DNA of 64,000 bases from contig NC_042998.1 of the NCBI RefSeq assembly GCF_006345805.1, forward strand, positions 139,624,001-139,688,000, given 5' to 3'. The notes beneath the pieces are model-generated. The model had not been told where the DNA came from. It saw only the letters and a program-made list of their open reading frames with translations, and searched no databases. How positions within the stretch are numbered: position 1 is the stretch's first letter; each line of letters begins with the position of its first letter. This DNA is from Octopus sinensis. Its lineage: Eukaryota. The position numbers were made by a program, and so were the translations under genes. Positions 23,913-40,070 of the stretch are shown one piece after another.

Positions 23913-25921
23913 CTATCTCTTCCTCTCTCATCCCTCTCTATCCCTCATTTTCCTTCTCACTCTCACTCACTCTCACTCACTCTTTCTTTCTTCCTCTCTC
24001 CTTCTCTCCTCCCACCTCTCTCTCATTGCCATAACGAGGCAGCCTCAAGCGAACAGAACACGTCCATTTATCTACTTTTCTTTCATTGTTTGCATCCATT
24101 TACCTTTCTATCATTGTATATTCTTCTGCTCATTTTCCATCGTTGTGTCTATCCATTTATCTCTCTAAGTATCTATTGTAAGCTACACTGGACCCATGAG
24201 AGTTACCTGTGGAGAAGAATTGATTGTGTCACAGTGCTTCACCGTTGAACACTTGTCAAATAAAATAAAACCACGAAATTCGTAATAAGTCATTAATTTC
24301 TTTTCCTGATTGTTTTCAATGAAAGATTGCTTTTACGGTGTCGTAATTTACCTAATCATTAAGTTTTGATCATAAAGCATAAAATATAACGAATGAAGAC
24401 GTATTGGAACAACAAACACTTTGTAATAATATAATCGATTCATGGCTTTAAGGATTGATTGGAAAATAAAATCAAACAATAATTTTTTTCTACAAAAATA
24501 TAAATAATACAAACATCAACAATGTTTCCAACAAGATGTGAGAATAATAAACTAAACGATCTGTTACGTTTTAACTGTTTCGCTAGAAATATAGTTATAT
24601 AGTTTAATGTAAGCGAAAAAACTATACAAAGGTAATCCGGTACAAAATTACTATTAATATTGTTCAGAATTTACGCTTTTTATGTGACCAATAATGAATG
24701 TTAGAGCTAGCTATTGAAGTGACAAAACATCTTGAATAGTCAACATCACGCAATTGATTATCAATAAAATAAAGAGTAAAATGGCAGACACGAGGCTAAA
24801 CACCTTACATTATTCAATGTCGACCATCTGTGATCTGAGATCTAATCTCAGAGGAAGTGACGTTTATTTTCATACCTCTAAGGTATATAAAATAAGATCC
24901 AGTGAATGTCGTCACGATGTAGTGGAAACGTAATTTCTCAATGAGCTTAGTAAGTCGGTTTCAAGCGTCAGGTGAAGCCATTGTAGTTTTTATCACTCTA
25001 CTTAATTTTATCGATAATTTCATGACTTCACAAATATCGTTGCATATAATTTTCTCATACAAATCTCGTACGAAGTTCAAAATATAAATAAAATACAAAA
25101 TATTATGAGGAGCTTCATTAAACAGATAGAAGCTTTCCTTGGCAGGTCAACAATGCAGTCTAACTTGAATTTCCGTTCCAGATCTTGATATCTTGGTACT
25201 AGACTAACGATCGGTTGAAAGAGTGGTCAGAGAATGAGGAATTATGCTTTTGTTTTTGTCTGTATGGTATTCGTTCTGAATCACTGCCTTCTGAGTTCAA
25301 ACTCCACCTTGACCATCTTTGTTTTTGATTCTTTCGGGGATCAATAAATAAAGCACCAATCGAATTTCTTCTTCTTCTTCTTCTTCTTCTTCTTCTTCTT
25401 CTTCTTCTTCTTCTTCTTCTTTCACGTTTTCTCTCTTGAAGAAATTGGCTAAGTACAAACCCGGTGAGAAGTGGGCATTACTAATCCGGAGAGAATCATC
25501 CCTACCACACCATCAGGAGTTGAACTCTCTCACCACCTCCGCATTAGCTATTTTATGTCATTTTAGAGAAGATATAAACATTACAATACCCCAACCAAAA
25601 GAAACAAACGCTACTGAAGTGGGGTAAACTTTCCACAAAATCATATTTGTAACAATCTTTGACTATTGTTCTACAGGAGAGGTAGCGCTGCTGTACAACA
25701 ACATAATACTTCTCAAACTTTTTTTTTAATATCGCCCCTTTTCTTTTGCTAACACTTTTACAACACTCCCTTGCTATGACTCAGAGCCCCTTTCTCCAGT
25801 GTTTTATGTACATACACGTAATATCAAGCCAGAATAATTTAGTTCCGGGGTATTAGTTTGACCAAATTACTATTTACTGCTACACCGCATAACTGTAAGC
25901 GAATAGTATAGGTGGTTTAAT

Positions 25922-26138
25922 ATTGATTTCAAATTTTGGTAGAAGGCCAGCAATTTTGGGAGAAGGGTTAGTCGATGACATTGACCCCAGTATTCAACTG
26001 GTACTTATTTTATCGACCCCGAAAGGATGAAAGACAAAGTCGATCTCGGCGGAATATGAACTGGGAACGTGAAGACAGACAAAATGCCGCTAAGCATTTT
26101 GCCCGGTGTAATAACGATTCTGCCAGTTCGCCGCCTTA
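25922..26138 (-). mobile_element. Full-length dominant SINE (tail type C)
   Basis: Head (..ccagttcgccgcctt), core and ccaaaatttgaaatc tail, all reverse complemented. Confidence 0.88.
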
Positions 26139-26569
26139 CAGGTGCTATATAATATTAACTTTATTTATTTACTTATCCACGATTTTAATTTTCTTAATGT
26201 CGTCGTTATTATTGTTGCCGTTGTTGATGTGATTGCACTTACAAAACAATTTATCATTTTATTACATTTTAAAAAGCATTTAGAAGGTAATTTTTAAATA
26301 AGAGATGGACTAAAAAAAAAAAAACAGTACAGATGTAGCTATCTCTCCACCCTCACTGACCCCTTTGCTCCCAGTATCCGTATAAAATTTTCCACTGCCA
26401 TCCCCCAGAAGGACAGTACTATCCACCTCCAGAATCATTGCTCTAAATATTACTTAATAGATCTTCCCTATAAATCTGATGGCACGAGCCTTTCTACGGA
26501 ACCAGTAAAGCTATTAAAATAAAAAAAAATTAGTTTTGATTCAAAATATATTTTTGTTTGTTTTGCATT

Positions 26570-27020
26570 ATTTTTTTTGTCTTCTCCAAGCGGCTGCACC
26601 GAGATTTGTCTTATCTTGCTGCTTCAAGAATCTCTATCAACTATTTGCTTTAGTAGTTCCTCAATTTCATGCTGTGTGTCTCTACCAATAACATCAAATG
26701 TAGTTGAGTGATCATTGACCCCTATTAGGGCCTGGAAATCTCCAAAATATAACATTTGATATGGCTTGGTGTTCAGCACGATAGCATTGGACAGTAAATC
26801 CTACCTTTCGTGGAGTAAAGAATGCTAAAGAAGGTTTGGAACATGTTTATAATTTTCTCTTATGTCATGTGCTTACGATATGAAATGTTTTTAAGCTCTC
26901 ATGAGAAGCCTAGTGCACACACCATCGAGGTGATCTTGAAGCCTCTTCTTCATAGTCTGGGTTTCGCTTCCAGGGAGAAGGATGCTCTCGATATATTCCC
27001 CACAAAATGGATTATATGAG
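26570..27020 (-). mobile_element. RTE-like LINE remnant (rearranged EN and RT C-terminal fragments)
   Basis: Minus strand reads TMKKRLQDHLDGVCTRLLMRA..HFIS.AHDI (resembles RTE RT C-terminus) and LYFGDFQALIG..VIGR (resembles the APE GDFNA motif). Confidence 0.45.
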
Positions 27021-27649
27021 AATATGGAAATATTATTTCATAGGTTCTTTCACTCATAGACAAAAAAAAAAGACCTCTTATAATAAGGAAAGCTAAAGCA
27101 TTTTTTTTATTATTCGTATTTTTTCTTCTGTTCTGATATATGAAACATGAATATTTGAGGGAATTCAGTTGCTGTGTGACAAATTAAGAACTATATATAC
27201 GTTGATGGATTATTTTAATTTTAATTTTTAATTCATTTTTAATTCATCGAGAAAGATTGCACAGCTTTAACTGGTCAAACTGATGCAATAGGTTCCCGGC
27301 CTGAACGTCGGTACGCTGATATGTTCCGAACAAAAGAAGAAGAAAAATGTGAGAGGGAAAACATCGCAAAATTATCAGAGGGATACAAAAAGGCTCCACT
27401 TAAACTACAAAAACGCAGACACGCACATACACACACACAATTGGCCTTCTGTAGAGTTTCCATCTACTAAATTCCACCAACAAGGTATTATTCAAAGTAA
27501 GGCTACTGTAAAACACATTTACCAATTTCTCATCCATATTTTTTTTTAATCTGATTTTAGTTCAATTGTGCTCTGAAATATATTATAACATTTTAAGTGA
27601 TTAATTCTAATTATCATCATTGCACACGTAAACACACACATATACATTC

Positions 27650-28920
<1,271 letters not shown>

Positions 28921-29109
28921 GTATCCGAACTGTCAATAATAATTAAATGTATTGAATACAATGAAAATATATGCGATTTCTTAATAGCCGTTGCAAACGT
29001 CGGAATAATAGAAATATGACGTCTGTTTAAAGTAAAGAGAAAAATGATATCACTGCATGTTAGATTTAATTGTGAGATGAATTTCTGTTTTAGTTCCTTA
29101 TCATCATGT

Positions 29110-29412
29110 GTGGAGGCACATGGCCGAGTGGTTAGAGCAGCGGACTCGCGGTCGAGGAATCGCGGGTTCGAATCTCTAACCGGACGATGTGTGTGTTTAT
29201 GAACGAAACACCTAAGCTCCACGCAGTTCCGGCAGAAGGTAATGGCGAACTTCTGCTGACTCTTTCGTCACAACTTTCTCTCACTCTTTCCTCCTGCATC
29301 TTGCAGCTCACCTGCGATGGACCGGCTTCCCGTCCAGGTGGGGAACCTATACGCCAAGGAAACCGGGAAACCGGCCCTATGAGCCAGGCGTGGCTTGAGA
29401 AGGAACAAACAA
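29110..29412 (+). mobile_element. tRNA-derived SINE, second family (OR-like head, V/Meta-like core)
   Basis: A box tggccgagtggtta, B box ggttcgaatc, central cctgcgatggaccggcttcccgtccagg. Homologous to 44503-44821. Confidence 0.85.
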
Positions 29413-30454
29413 TTATCATCATGCGCTTATATTTTACATATATTATATTATATTATATTATATTATTTAGTAAGTTCATGAATGAAAGTGATACTATTGC
29501 ATGTAGTCAACGAAGACATCTCTATGCAGACGCTCGACCGTTTAGATTAAAAAGCTAAATCACCTTCAAATGTTAAGAAATAATACGGGAAGCGTACATT
29601 AGATCGCATGGTTTTAGGTACAAAAAATAAAAAAATAAAAACAAATATATATCCTTCGAAACGTAGAGTAGATGAAAGCTTTAGCGACTGAAGAAGGGGT
29701 TTTTTCTTTGTGTTAATTGTCCTGTATTCTATTTTTTTTGCTGTTTTTAAATAAATGTCCAGTTCCTTTGGTTTGTGTCTATGTTTTCGTTTCTCATTGT
29801 GTTCGACGTCCTTTTGGGTGTCATGTACTCATATATGCGTGTATATGTACATGTAGAGGTAGGTACGTACATATATGTTTATATATATGCATATGTTTTA
29901 TTTTATTTATTAATATATATATATATATATACATAGAGAGAGAGGGGGAGAGGGAGGGAGAGAGAGAGAGGGAGAGAGAGAGAGAGAGAGGACGAGATGT
30001 TCGTAGATGAAATGCCTTTGTCAAAGGTTTGTTCGAACGGTAAATAATCTGGGCTAATCTCCACCGCCATCATCACCAAGATATACCACTGGTACTACCA
30101 GCAGCATCACGCCAATAAAAAAAACCCACTAACAGTTAAATGTTGTAAACTGCATCACTATACTCATCATTTGTGATGGAACAACTATGTTATTGCTTGG
30201 AGTGCTAGAAATAGCAACCAAATTTTCCTTAAATTACACACTTAATCACATATCTCGGAAAAGAAAGGAAACACATAAATAGGTAATCCTAGATATGGAA
30301 TGTTCGATAAAAGGACAGAGTGCAATCATTACTGGGATGCTTCGATCAAAAATTCGTTCACTCACGGCGGACCTAGATCTAGAATGAAGAGCGAGGGGAA
30401 AGCGAAGGAGTCTGTCTGCACTGGACGGCGCCCTTTTGCAGATGGAATTTGTAG

Positions 30455-30580
30455 TTCTGCTGTATAGACTGGATCTATGGTTATGATCCAGAGACCAAGA
30501 GACAGAGTACCCAATGGAAGCATCCTGGCTCCCGTAGACACAAGAAGGCCAAGCAAAGCAAGTCCACCGGAAAGCTCGTG
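30455..30580 (+). pseudogene. Mariner transposase fragment
   Basis: From 30467: DWIYGYDPETKRQSTQWKHPGSRRHKKAKQSKSTGKL, the mariner segment just after the first catalytic D. Confidence 0.85.
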
Positions 30581-31408
30581 GAGCTGGGGATCGGCGGCCA
30601 ACTCAGAAGCTTTCCAGGGCGGCACACCGTCTAGCTACGCCAATGCCGAGGGCTAAATAAAACACCACCATTAGGAACAACAACAGCAACAACAATTGAT
30701 TGCAGCACTAACAGGCAACAACAACAACAACAGCAGCAACAACAACTCGCTATGTTGATATCGCTAAACTACTGCTGCCGATATCAAGACGCGTGTCATT
30801 CTTTCTTCCTTTAGACATAACGACAAACGAAGACAGACCGACCAAGGGCTCATAATAAATGTTTGTGTAAAGAAAACAAAAGACAACCAATAAAAACCTG
30901 GTATCGGCTAATGATTGGGTGATCAGTCTTTATCCGTAACTAAAGGTTAATGTGTAGTTATGGAGCTTCATATTGCTTTAATTCGGTCACTTACTCTTTG
31001 ACCAAATTCCTCAGAGGAAATAATATTAACGAAACAATCGTATTTGATAGAGATGCTTGAACGATCGATATAACTGATAATTAATTTTTTCCTCACACAT
31101 CCCTCATTTTCTCGCCTTCTCCCTATCCCGCTTTGTTTTGTTTGTTGTCTGTTTGTTTGTTTGTCTGCATGTCTCTCTCACTTACCTTCTTTCTCTCCCT
31201 CCACTCCCCCTCCCTCTCTCTCTCTTGTTATTTACAAATAGCTCATTTCATTTATGGACATAACCTTATCTGAAGCATTAATTTGCAGATGACAAAATTG
31301 GATAACCAGACAGACAGACAAACAGAGAGAGAGATATGTAAATATGCAGAGAGAGAGAGAGAGAGAGGGGGAGAGGGGGAGAGAAAGAGAAAGAGAGAGA
31401 GAGAGATC

Positions 31409-31442
<34 letters not shown>

Positions 31443-31469
31443 TAGAGACAGACAAACAGATGGAAAAAG

Positions 31470-31543
<74 letters not shown>

Positions 31544-31704
31544 AAAATATTAGTTTTCTCTATCTCTCAGTCTTGCAGTTTGCTTGTCTATTTCTCTTTC
31601 TCCCCCTTCTCTCTCTCTCTCTCTCCACACACACACACAGACACACACACACACACACTTGCATATTGCATTAATGAAAGAATACCATGTATTCTTATAG
31701 TTAA

Positions 31705-31930
31705 TCATTGAGGACATTTACTCCACGTATATCTCTGATGTCATCGTCCTCGGTGACTTCACAATATTCACAACTTTTCATGACTCCCTCTCCATCCCAC
31801 ACCGTTACGGCCGCTGCAGAAACCGAATCTTTTGCAATTCTCAGATCACTCCATCCGCTCATCGCATCCCCTATACATATCCTAGATCGACACTCAGATA
31901 TCTAAAATATCTCGAATGATGGTGGGGTTT
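31705..31930 (+). mobile_element. LINE apurinic endonuclease fragment (CR1/Jockey group)
   Basis: DVIVLGDF.. followed by ..LHPLIASPIHILDR, which resembles the APE GDFN and PTR..LD motifs. Confidence 0.5.
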
Positions 31931-32202
31931 TTCACTTCCAAACTTAATCTATATCCAACTGTAATTGCCTCCGCATCTATCGAGTCATTCGGTCACTGCA
32001 TTATTGCAACTATCCAACTCACACATACAAAAACATGGATACACACACACACGTACGTATAATGTAATGACGCATGTCCCTGTTGATCCATTGCAGATGA
32101 ACATTCAAAGGAGAGGTTCCAAGCAACCACAGCGGTGAAACGTACGTAGAGAAGGAATGATATAAACTTAAGCTTAATATAATTTCTCATATATATATAT
32201 AA

Positions 32203-32423
32203 GGGCGGCGAGCTGGCAGAAACGTTAGCACGCCGGGCGAAATGCGTAGCCGTATTTCATCTGTCGTTACATTCTGAGTTCAAATTCCGCCGAGGTCGAC
32301 TTTGCCTTTCATCCTTTCGGGGTCGATAAATTAAGTACCAGTTTCGCACTGGGGTCGATGTAATCGACTTAATCCCTTGTCTGTCTTTGTTTGTCCCCTC
32401 TTTACTACCCTTGTGGGTAGTAA
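32203..32423 (+). mobile_element. Dominant SINE (tail type A) in a (TA)n tract
   Basis: ggcggcgagctggcagaaacgttagcacgccgggcg head, gagttcaaattcc B box, gcctttcatcctttcggggtcgataaattaagtaccag core and cccttgtgggtagtaa tail. Confidence 0.92.
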
Positions 32424-33102
32424 GATATATATATATATATAATATATATATATATTTGTGTATATATATATTTCCAAATTTGTGTAAATGTGTATAGAAT
32501 AATATATCAGTTGAATAAATTTAAAGCATGGTCTGGATTTTTATTATGGCATTTAAAAAAACTTAAAATTTTATTTACAATGTTGAAGTGTGTTAAACAT
32601 TAAAACAATATTTTGTAATGTTCATAAAGTTCAATTAGCGCTTTCATACGTTTGGTAGTAATAATCAGATTTCAAAATGCATCTAACTGACTGTTGAGTT
32701 CTTGACAATTGTAATAAAATGACTGACTTCGTCTTTGTACCTTTGAGAAGGCTCCAACAAGCCAAATTTTCGGAATACGGTTTTGACCAATTCGCATGCA
32801 GCTTAAACATCACGGTTTGGCGGGCGTACCGATATTACTGACATAGATCCCGCCTTTATTTTAATCAGTTATCTTGCGGTGTACATGTACTGGTTTTATG
32901 AGTGAGCAAACTTAGTTAGTTTCGATCGTTTTTATTTCAGTTGGTGGGAGTCTTCAATAATTTGTTTATATTCATATGTTAAAGATATTTTTTAATCCAC
33001 ATCATGAACTGGTTGTTATATTGTTGTTGCTATTTCCGTTCAGAACAAGTTTGAACATTTTAATAAACCGTTTTTCTTTTAGCTTTCTTCCAACCTCATT
33101 TG

Positions 33103-33139
<37 letters not shown>

Positions 33140-33199
33140 ATATATATCAACTATAAATGTTGTGAGTGTGTGTGTGACTCTGTGTGTGTCTGTGTGTGC

Positions 33200-33248
<49 letters not shown>

Positions 33249-33389
33249 GTGTGTAGATATGTACATACATAGATACATACATACATATATATATATGCAT
33301 ATGTATTATATATATATATGATTTTGATTTTTTGATTTTTTGATTTTTTGATTTTTCCAGTTTCAGCTCATGAGCTGTGGCCATGCTGG

Positions 33390-33434
<45 letters not shown>

Positions 33435-33439
<5 letters not shown>

Positions 33440-33640
33440 TAATCCAAACAAGAAAGCACAAAAAAACACAACAACGCGAGGACGTGGAACAAATATAGTA
33501 TTATTGGACGCTAAGAAAAGAAGGAAAGAAGGAGGGCTTAACGTTTCGAGCGGAGCTCTTCATCGGAACATAGGAGAAGGAAAGATCCAGAGAAGGGAGG
33601 ACAGAGGGAAAAAAATCGCCAACGGTACACACGAGGTCAC
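33435..33640 (-). mobile_element. Penelope-LTR-like short repeat with a hammerhead-like core
   Basis: Minus strand CCGATGA-A-GAG-ctccg-CTC-GAAA-CGTT, lying between (TA)n tracts. Stem I pairs poorly. Confidence 0.4.
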
Positions 33641-33641
33641 A

Positions 33642-33701
33642 AAAATTTGGTTTAAATGTTTGACAACTCAGCACTGTCCATGGACGGGGAGCGTTTTGCT
33701 C

Positions 33702-33785
<84 letters not shown>

Positions 33786-33908
33786 TATACCCACACACAT
33801 ATATATATATATATACACACACACATATATAATATATATATATATACGAGCAAAACGCTCCCCGTCTAATGGACAATGCTGAGTTGTCAAACATTTAAAC
33901 CAAATTTT
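33642..33908. repeat. About 65 bp inverted repeats enclosing a (TA)n/(CA)n tract
   Basis: aaaatttggtttaaatgtttgacaactcagcactgtccatggacggggagcgttttgctcgtata is inverted at 33843-33908. Confidence 0.92.
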
Positions 33909-33919
33909 ATCAAAACATC

Positions 33920-34465
33920 TTGTCCGACCGTCCCATAGCCCTCCCCTTTGAGAAACACTGATTTAACCTAAATTTGAGACACCCGCAAAAGAAGAAATAA
34001 AGATTAACTTTTTTTCTAATCCAAAGAAAAACGATTTTATTCACACAAAGATGCAACCGAAGAGTTTAAAGTACCAGTAATGATAAGGCTGTTGACTGGG
34101 AGAACACAAACATTGTTTAAACAGTAAGCTTGGCAGGAAAAAAACGTGCCTTTAAGCAGTACAAAAACAACAAAAAATGGAAGGTGCAGTTATGTACAGG
34201 TTGACGGAAGAAAACCAGGACAAAAACGATGCATGCAAATGGGTTAGCTGGAGGTAAATTTAGATGGAAAATCGATCGCAACAGCTGATCATACAAATGC
34301 ACGTTCCCACGGCTTTATCGATCGCATTCTCACCTGGATTCGATTTTTGTAATTTTTTCGCCCTGATACTGTCGGTATCTACATATCAAATTTCAGCGCA
34401 ATCAGATGGAGGATGCCCGAGATCCTAGAAGACACACACGAGACAGACAGACGGATTTTATATAT
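33920..34465 (-). mobile_element. Probable non-autonomous Helitron/DINE-like element
   Basis: Minus-strand start tatataaaatccgtctgtctgtct..ctgaaatttgatatgtag is the typical architecture. Termini not fully resolved. Confidence 0.4.
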
Positions 34466-34479
34466 AATATATATATATA

Positions 34480-34551
<72 letters not shown>

Positions 34552-34759
34552 TAAGAAAATATATATAGGGTAGGAAAATTAGAGAAATTTTTCTACCAGT
34601 GGCTAACATGCATAAAATAGTCTATAGACAACATATTATTCATTTAAGATTAGTGTACATTTATATACAAAAGAGGTGTTCTGTTAAGGCCACCTCTTTT
34701 GTGTATAAATGTACACTAATTTTATATGTGTGCCTGTGTCTGTGTGTGTGTGTGTGTGT

Positions 34760-34800
<41 letters not shown>

Positions 34801-34803
34801 TGT

Positions 34804-34849
<46 letters not shown>

Positions 34850-34859
34850 TGTGTGTGTG

Positions 34860-34920
<61 letters not shown>

Positions 34921-35344
34921 ATATGTATGTATGTATTATGTATGTCTAAAACCGAATCTTAGGTATGTTTGTGACATATTTCAAATTCTAAATGCAAATT
35001 CACTGCATTTACTGTGAAGAAAAATTCTCTCTTATGGTTAAAAAGTGTAAAAACAAACACCATAACGGCTAGACAGCTAAAAAAAAAAGGCTCATGGAAT
35101 CCGATAGTGTGCAACAGTGGGCAGATATAATGTTTCAAACCAACACAGATACCGGCCCTGACTTTCATTACGCTCAGACACTGCAGCCTAGTGGTGGCCC
35201 TTACACTTACCAAACTCTTTGATCTCTCTCCTCTCCTCTCTCCCTCTCTCCCCTTTCTCTCTCCCTCTCTCTTTCTAGAAGGATTTCTTGTGATATTTGG
35301 TAATATGTTACAGTGCGTCCAATTCATAGGAAAAGCAGCCTCTC

Positions 35345-35900
35345 TGACCCTTCCAACTAGACCCTGTCAGATACACATCTAATATATCAAAGGTAATTGA
35401 GACAACCATCAACAAATACATCCTCCAAAACCTAGAATCTTTCCCAAACTCTCTCATCTTAATGCCACTAATATCCGTAAAGCTAGACCCATTAGGGACC
35501 CACTCTTCTCTATTACTTGCCAGTGGGATCTTCCGATGGAGAAATTTAGAGAAAACAACGTTGTTATCTTCGACATCAGCAAAGCTTTCGATTGTGATTG
35601 GTATGCGAATCTCCTATCGAAACTGCTCGTCTTTGGTTCCATCTGTCTCTCATCTACTAGATCGATAGTTTCCTATCAGACAGCATCGCTGTTGTGTGTA
35701 GTGACAGGACACTTTTTGTACCTCAATCTCTTCAGTTGAAGCCGGTCACAGAGTTCGGTTATATCTCCGCTTTTTCTTTCTGCACGTCAATGTCTTACAG
35801 CTACGACCGTCAATGCGGATAACACTACCCTTTACATCCATTTACTGCCTAGACAACATGCACCAAACCTGTACAGATCCCGTCATAAACAAAGAGCTTG
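35345..35900 (+). mobile_element. LINE reverse transcriptase remnant (CR1/Jockey group)
   Basis: RP..TSNISKVIETTINKYIL, VIFDISKAFD..LLSKL, Q.SVISPLFF, ADNTTL. Confidence 0.75.
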
Positions 35901-37374
35901 AAAACCCTCTCTAACAGGGATATGCAAATTTAATCTATATCTGAGACGCTGCTTCCAGGAATATCTAATGTAGCTGTTGTTGTTGTTTAGCTCCAGATCG
36001 ATCCTGATCGGACAGACCTATCATTAATGCCGTCCTAAAGCAGGCGCACACATTTATAGTGATTGAGTAGTCAAATGAATTGATCCTGTTATATGACCAA
36101 TATTTATTCAATCGACTCTGACAGAATAAAAGGTAAAGTCAATCCCGGCTAAAACACTTCTTCTCCGTAAGGATTTTTAGAATGTTAATATTATTGGCTG
36201 AAGGTGATGTAGAGTTTCAAAAAAAACCTGTTCTCTTCATGTTTTTGCTGTTTTGGAAAAGCAAAGGTTTATGGATAATTTATTTCGTGAGTGAAAGAAC
36301 TCTAGCTGGCAAAAAACCTCCCGGTGAAAATTTAAACTTGTTGAAATGCCATCCATCATCCTAAAATAGTTGACATTTCAGAGGCTAACTTTTCATTGAG
36401 TTTTGTTATAACCACGTTTTTCTCGACACTGTTTTGTGCTGGATTACCAAGCGGGTCATAAAAGACTCCTTTTGGGACTTCCTTTCATAGATAACCCCTT
36501 ACAAATACCACCATATTGAAAATGAAATTTGATGAAACAACATCCATTACACGTTTATCCAAATATTATCAAGTTTATTTTACGATTTACTACACTTGTT
36601 TCCTCACGTGTCATTTCTTTTCTCTTTCGCATTCGGAAAACAATTACCTTTCGGTTAGTAAATTCGCCATGTTATTAAATGATTAAATTTCTGAGATTAA
36701 TTATTCATGACATGAGTTATTGGTAGTGTAATGAAATATTAGCAGCACCCGTGGAACTTCCATGCCCATTTTGTAGTACAGTGTCAGTTATAAACATCTC
36801 CCCACTCATTTATAATATCTTGTCAATTCTTTCATAATCCTTTGATTAATTTCAAGGAAATATTATCTATACTCTTCGGTCATATTTACTTTTCAAGCCT
36901 GTTTTCTCATGCTCACTTGTACAAAATATATTTATCTATCATCATCCTTCAAATTTTGCCTTCTTACTTGATTAATAATTTTCATTGTTTTCCTATTTGC
37001 TTTAGCTCTGGCATTCGTCTAACAACCCCATCCAGCTCCATTTCTTGCAGTAATTCCAGTCCTTAAATATTTTTTTTAGTTAATCTTCTCGCTGTTCCAG
37101 ATACTCTTTTCTTTATTCTTAATTCCTATTTCTTCTCTTTACACCTTCCCCAATCTTTCCTTGTATCTTGATTCAATTCTTGTTGTCATGCTCTATGATT
37201 ATTCTCCGTCGTAATACACCAGTTTAAGTAATAAAACAGTTTAAGGTAATAAAACGGTTTAAGAAGCATTTGATACTATATAGCTGACATAGTCACACCG
37301 ACATACGAACACTAATGGCGTGCGCACATACTGGATACACACAGCACCACCACCCTCACACGCACGCGCGCGCA

Positions 37375-37408
<34 letters not shown>

Positions 37409-37482
37409 TACACTTTTACCGCCTCCTTTCCGCAGCACGACAGATTTTTTACACCACGGGAATGTATCGATAGCGCTTTAAT

Positions 37483-37557
<75 letters not shown>

Positions 37558-38530
37558 TTAGAACGGATTAGTATTGAGATGAAATATTACTACTGAAATA
37601 GGTTATTAGTACTGAGAATTGATACTAGTAATTACCTTTTTTTTCCTTGCTACTCTTGGAAGAAGAAGCTACATTTCTTTCTCATCGCTACTTTAGCCAT
37701 CTCAATGCTCAGGCTTTTGTTAGTATCAAATATTAATAAGCAAACATGCAGTGCTCATGGAAATCCGTGGTTATTTTAAAAACTGTAAGATTGTTGGAAA
37801 TTTATAGAGAACAATGAAAAAACTATAAGCTTTGTTTCTGGAGCTTGAGTAATACAGGTATAGGCATAGCTATGTGGCTGAGAAGTTCGCATCACAACCG
37901 CCTGGTTTCACGTTGCTTCACTTTCATATAGAAATAACTGTACGAGTTTCTTATAATTGTTTTCTTTTTTTTTTTTCAGTTGAATTATTACATGCTAGTG
38001 TTAAAGGTAATACAATCGTAGAAATCGAATCCCGTCTTTGTTCATCTAAGTACAATTGTAAACTCCTGATCTATGATATAAGACGCCAAACTCAACGAGT
38101 GAGCCAACAGCTTGTATTTTGCTATCGGTATTGCGCAGTTTCTAAGAACCAGATACTTCGGTCCAGCCAGACCAACCAACCAACCAAACAGCATAAATAT
38201 TAATAAATAACTAAACAAAATAAAATAAAAACATCCCAGCTTGCTCATAAGGAAAACTATCATTTTTAGTCACTGGTTTCGTGGTTTTTACAGTTACAAT
38301 TTAAGTCTAAGTATGGGAGTGGGAGCATCAACATGACCCCCTTCCGTTTCCCTTTAAAACTTTATAGAAGAGAAACAATACTCGTTATCAATGACTCGTT
38401 GGTCAACGATTAATATTCAATTGTTCTCTTACTGATCTGTCGTTCTTGTTTCCCCATACCACCCCACCTACTATGTATAGAACCTTTGTTTACTGAAAGA
38501 GAACATAAAAAGAAAAGATGAACATAATGG

Positions 38531-39030
<500 letters not shown>

Positions 39031-39133
39031 GAGTATAAATAGACATTCTGAGGTTATTTCTCAAATGCATAAACAGATTTCCTCAATACGACATATTGTA
39101 CATTCCCAGCAGCCATTGTATCACCAACAACAC

Positions 39134-39220
<87 letters not shown>

Positions 39221-39259
39221 AATCTTACACACATAGTCCTTTCTACGACAGTTAAAAAG

Positions 39260-39400
39260 CGGCAAATTTTAGGGGAGGTGATAAGTCTGATGCACGGACC
39301 CTAGTCTTCAGCAGGTATTTACTTCATCGACCACGAAAGGATGAAATGCAAAGTCGACCTCCGGGACATCTGAACTCGGAGCATAAAGCTAGAAGGAATA
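39260..39400 (-). mobile_element. Decayed dominant-family SINE fragment
   Basis: gaaaggatgaaatgcaaagtcgacctcc is the reverse complement of the core. Confidence 0.7.
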
Positions 39401-39441
39401 TCACCAAAGACACACACACACATACACGTATATACACATGC

Positions 39442-39472
<31 letters not shown>

Positions 39473-39929
39473 TGTATGTATGTATGTATGTATGTATGTA
39501 TGCATATATATATATATATGTATATATATATGTATATATGTGCATATATATATATATATTCACATATGCATGAGCAGACACACACACATATATACTGTGC
39601 TTACATGTATGTGTACATGTGTGTGTGCGCGCGCGCGAGCATTTAATGGCCATGTTTGTCTACCTAGCAGTTTGTCTGTCTGTTTATGTATATGTATGTA
39701 CGTACGTATTTCGGATTTGTACAGAGTGATTAAAAATGCAACAAGAGAAGCTTTATAATTCTCATTTATTAATCAGACAAAAAACAAAAAAACGAAAAAT
39801 AATAAGTATATGGGCTTATTCAACTGCTGGATCTTTAGTTGTATCATAATATAGGTTATTAAATCTTTCATGTTTGTTACTTTAGAAAGTGGGTTAAAGT
39901 CCGACGACTCATCTCATATATACATTTAC

Positions 39930-39945
39930 ATGCATACGCGCATAT

Positions 39946-39994
<49 letters not shown>

Positions 39995-40003
39995 ATATAT
40001 ATT

Positions 40004-40070
<67 letters not shown>

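Noticed and set aside
24104-24206. Minus-strand AG..GT-bounded 103 nt segment
   Set aside because: Stops in all three frames. Could only be a non-coding exon, and there is no evidence for one.
29110-29185. Possible tRNA gene (also 44750-44821 and 44915-44988)
   Set aside because: The tRNA-like sequence continues into a shared SINE body, and the acceptor stem does not close.
29645-29705. Type II hammerhead arrangement (ccttc-GAAA-CGTA..CTGAAGA-AGGGG)
   Set aside because: The 22 nt between the core halves does not form stem I.
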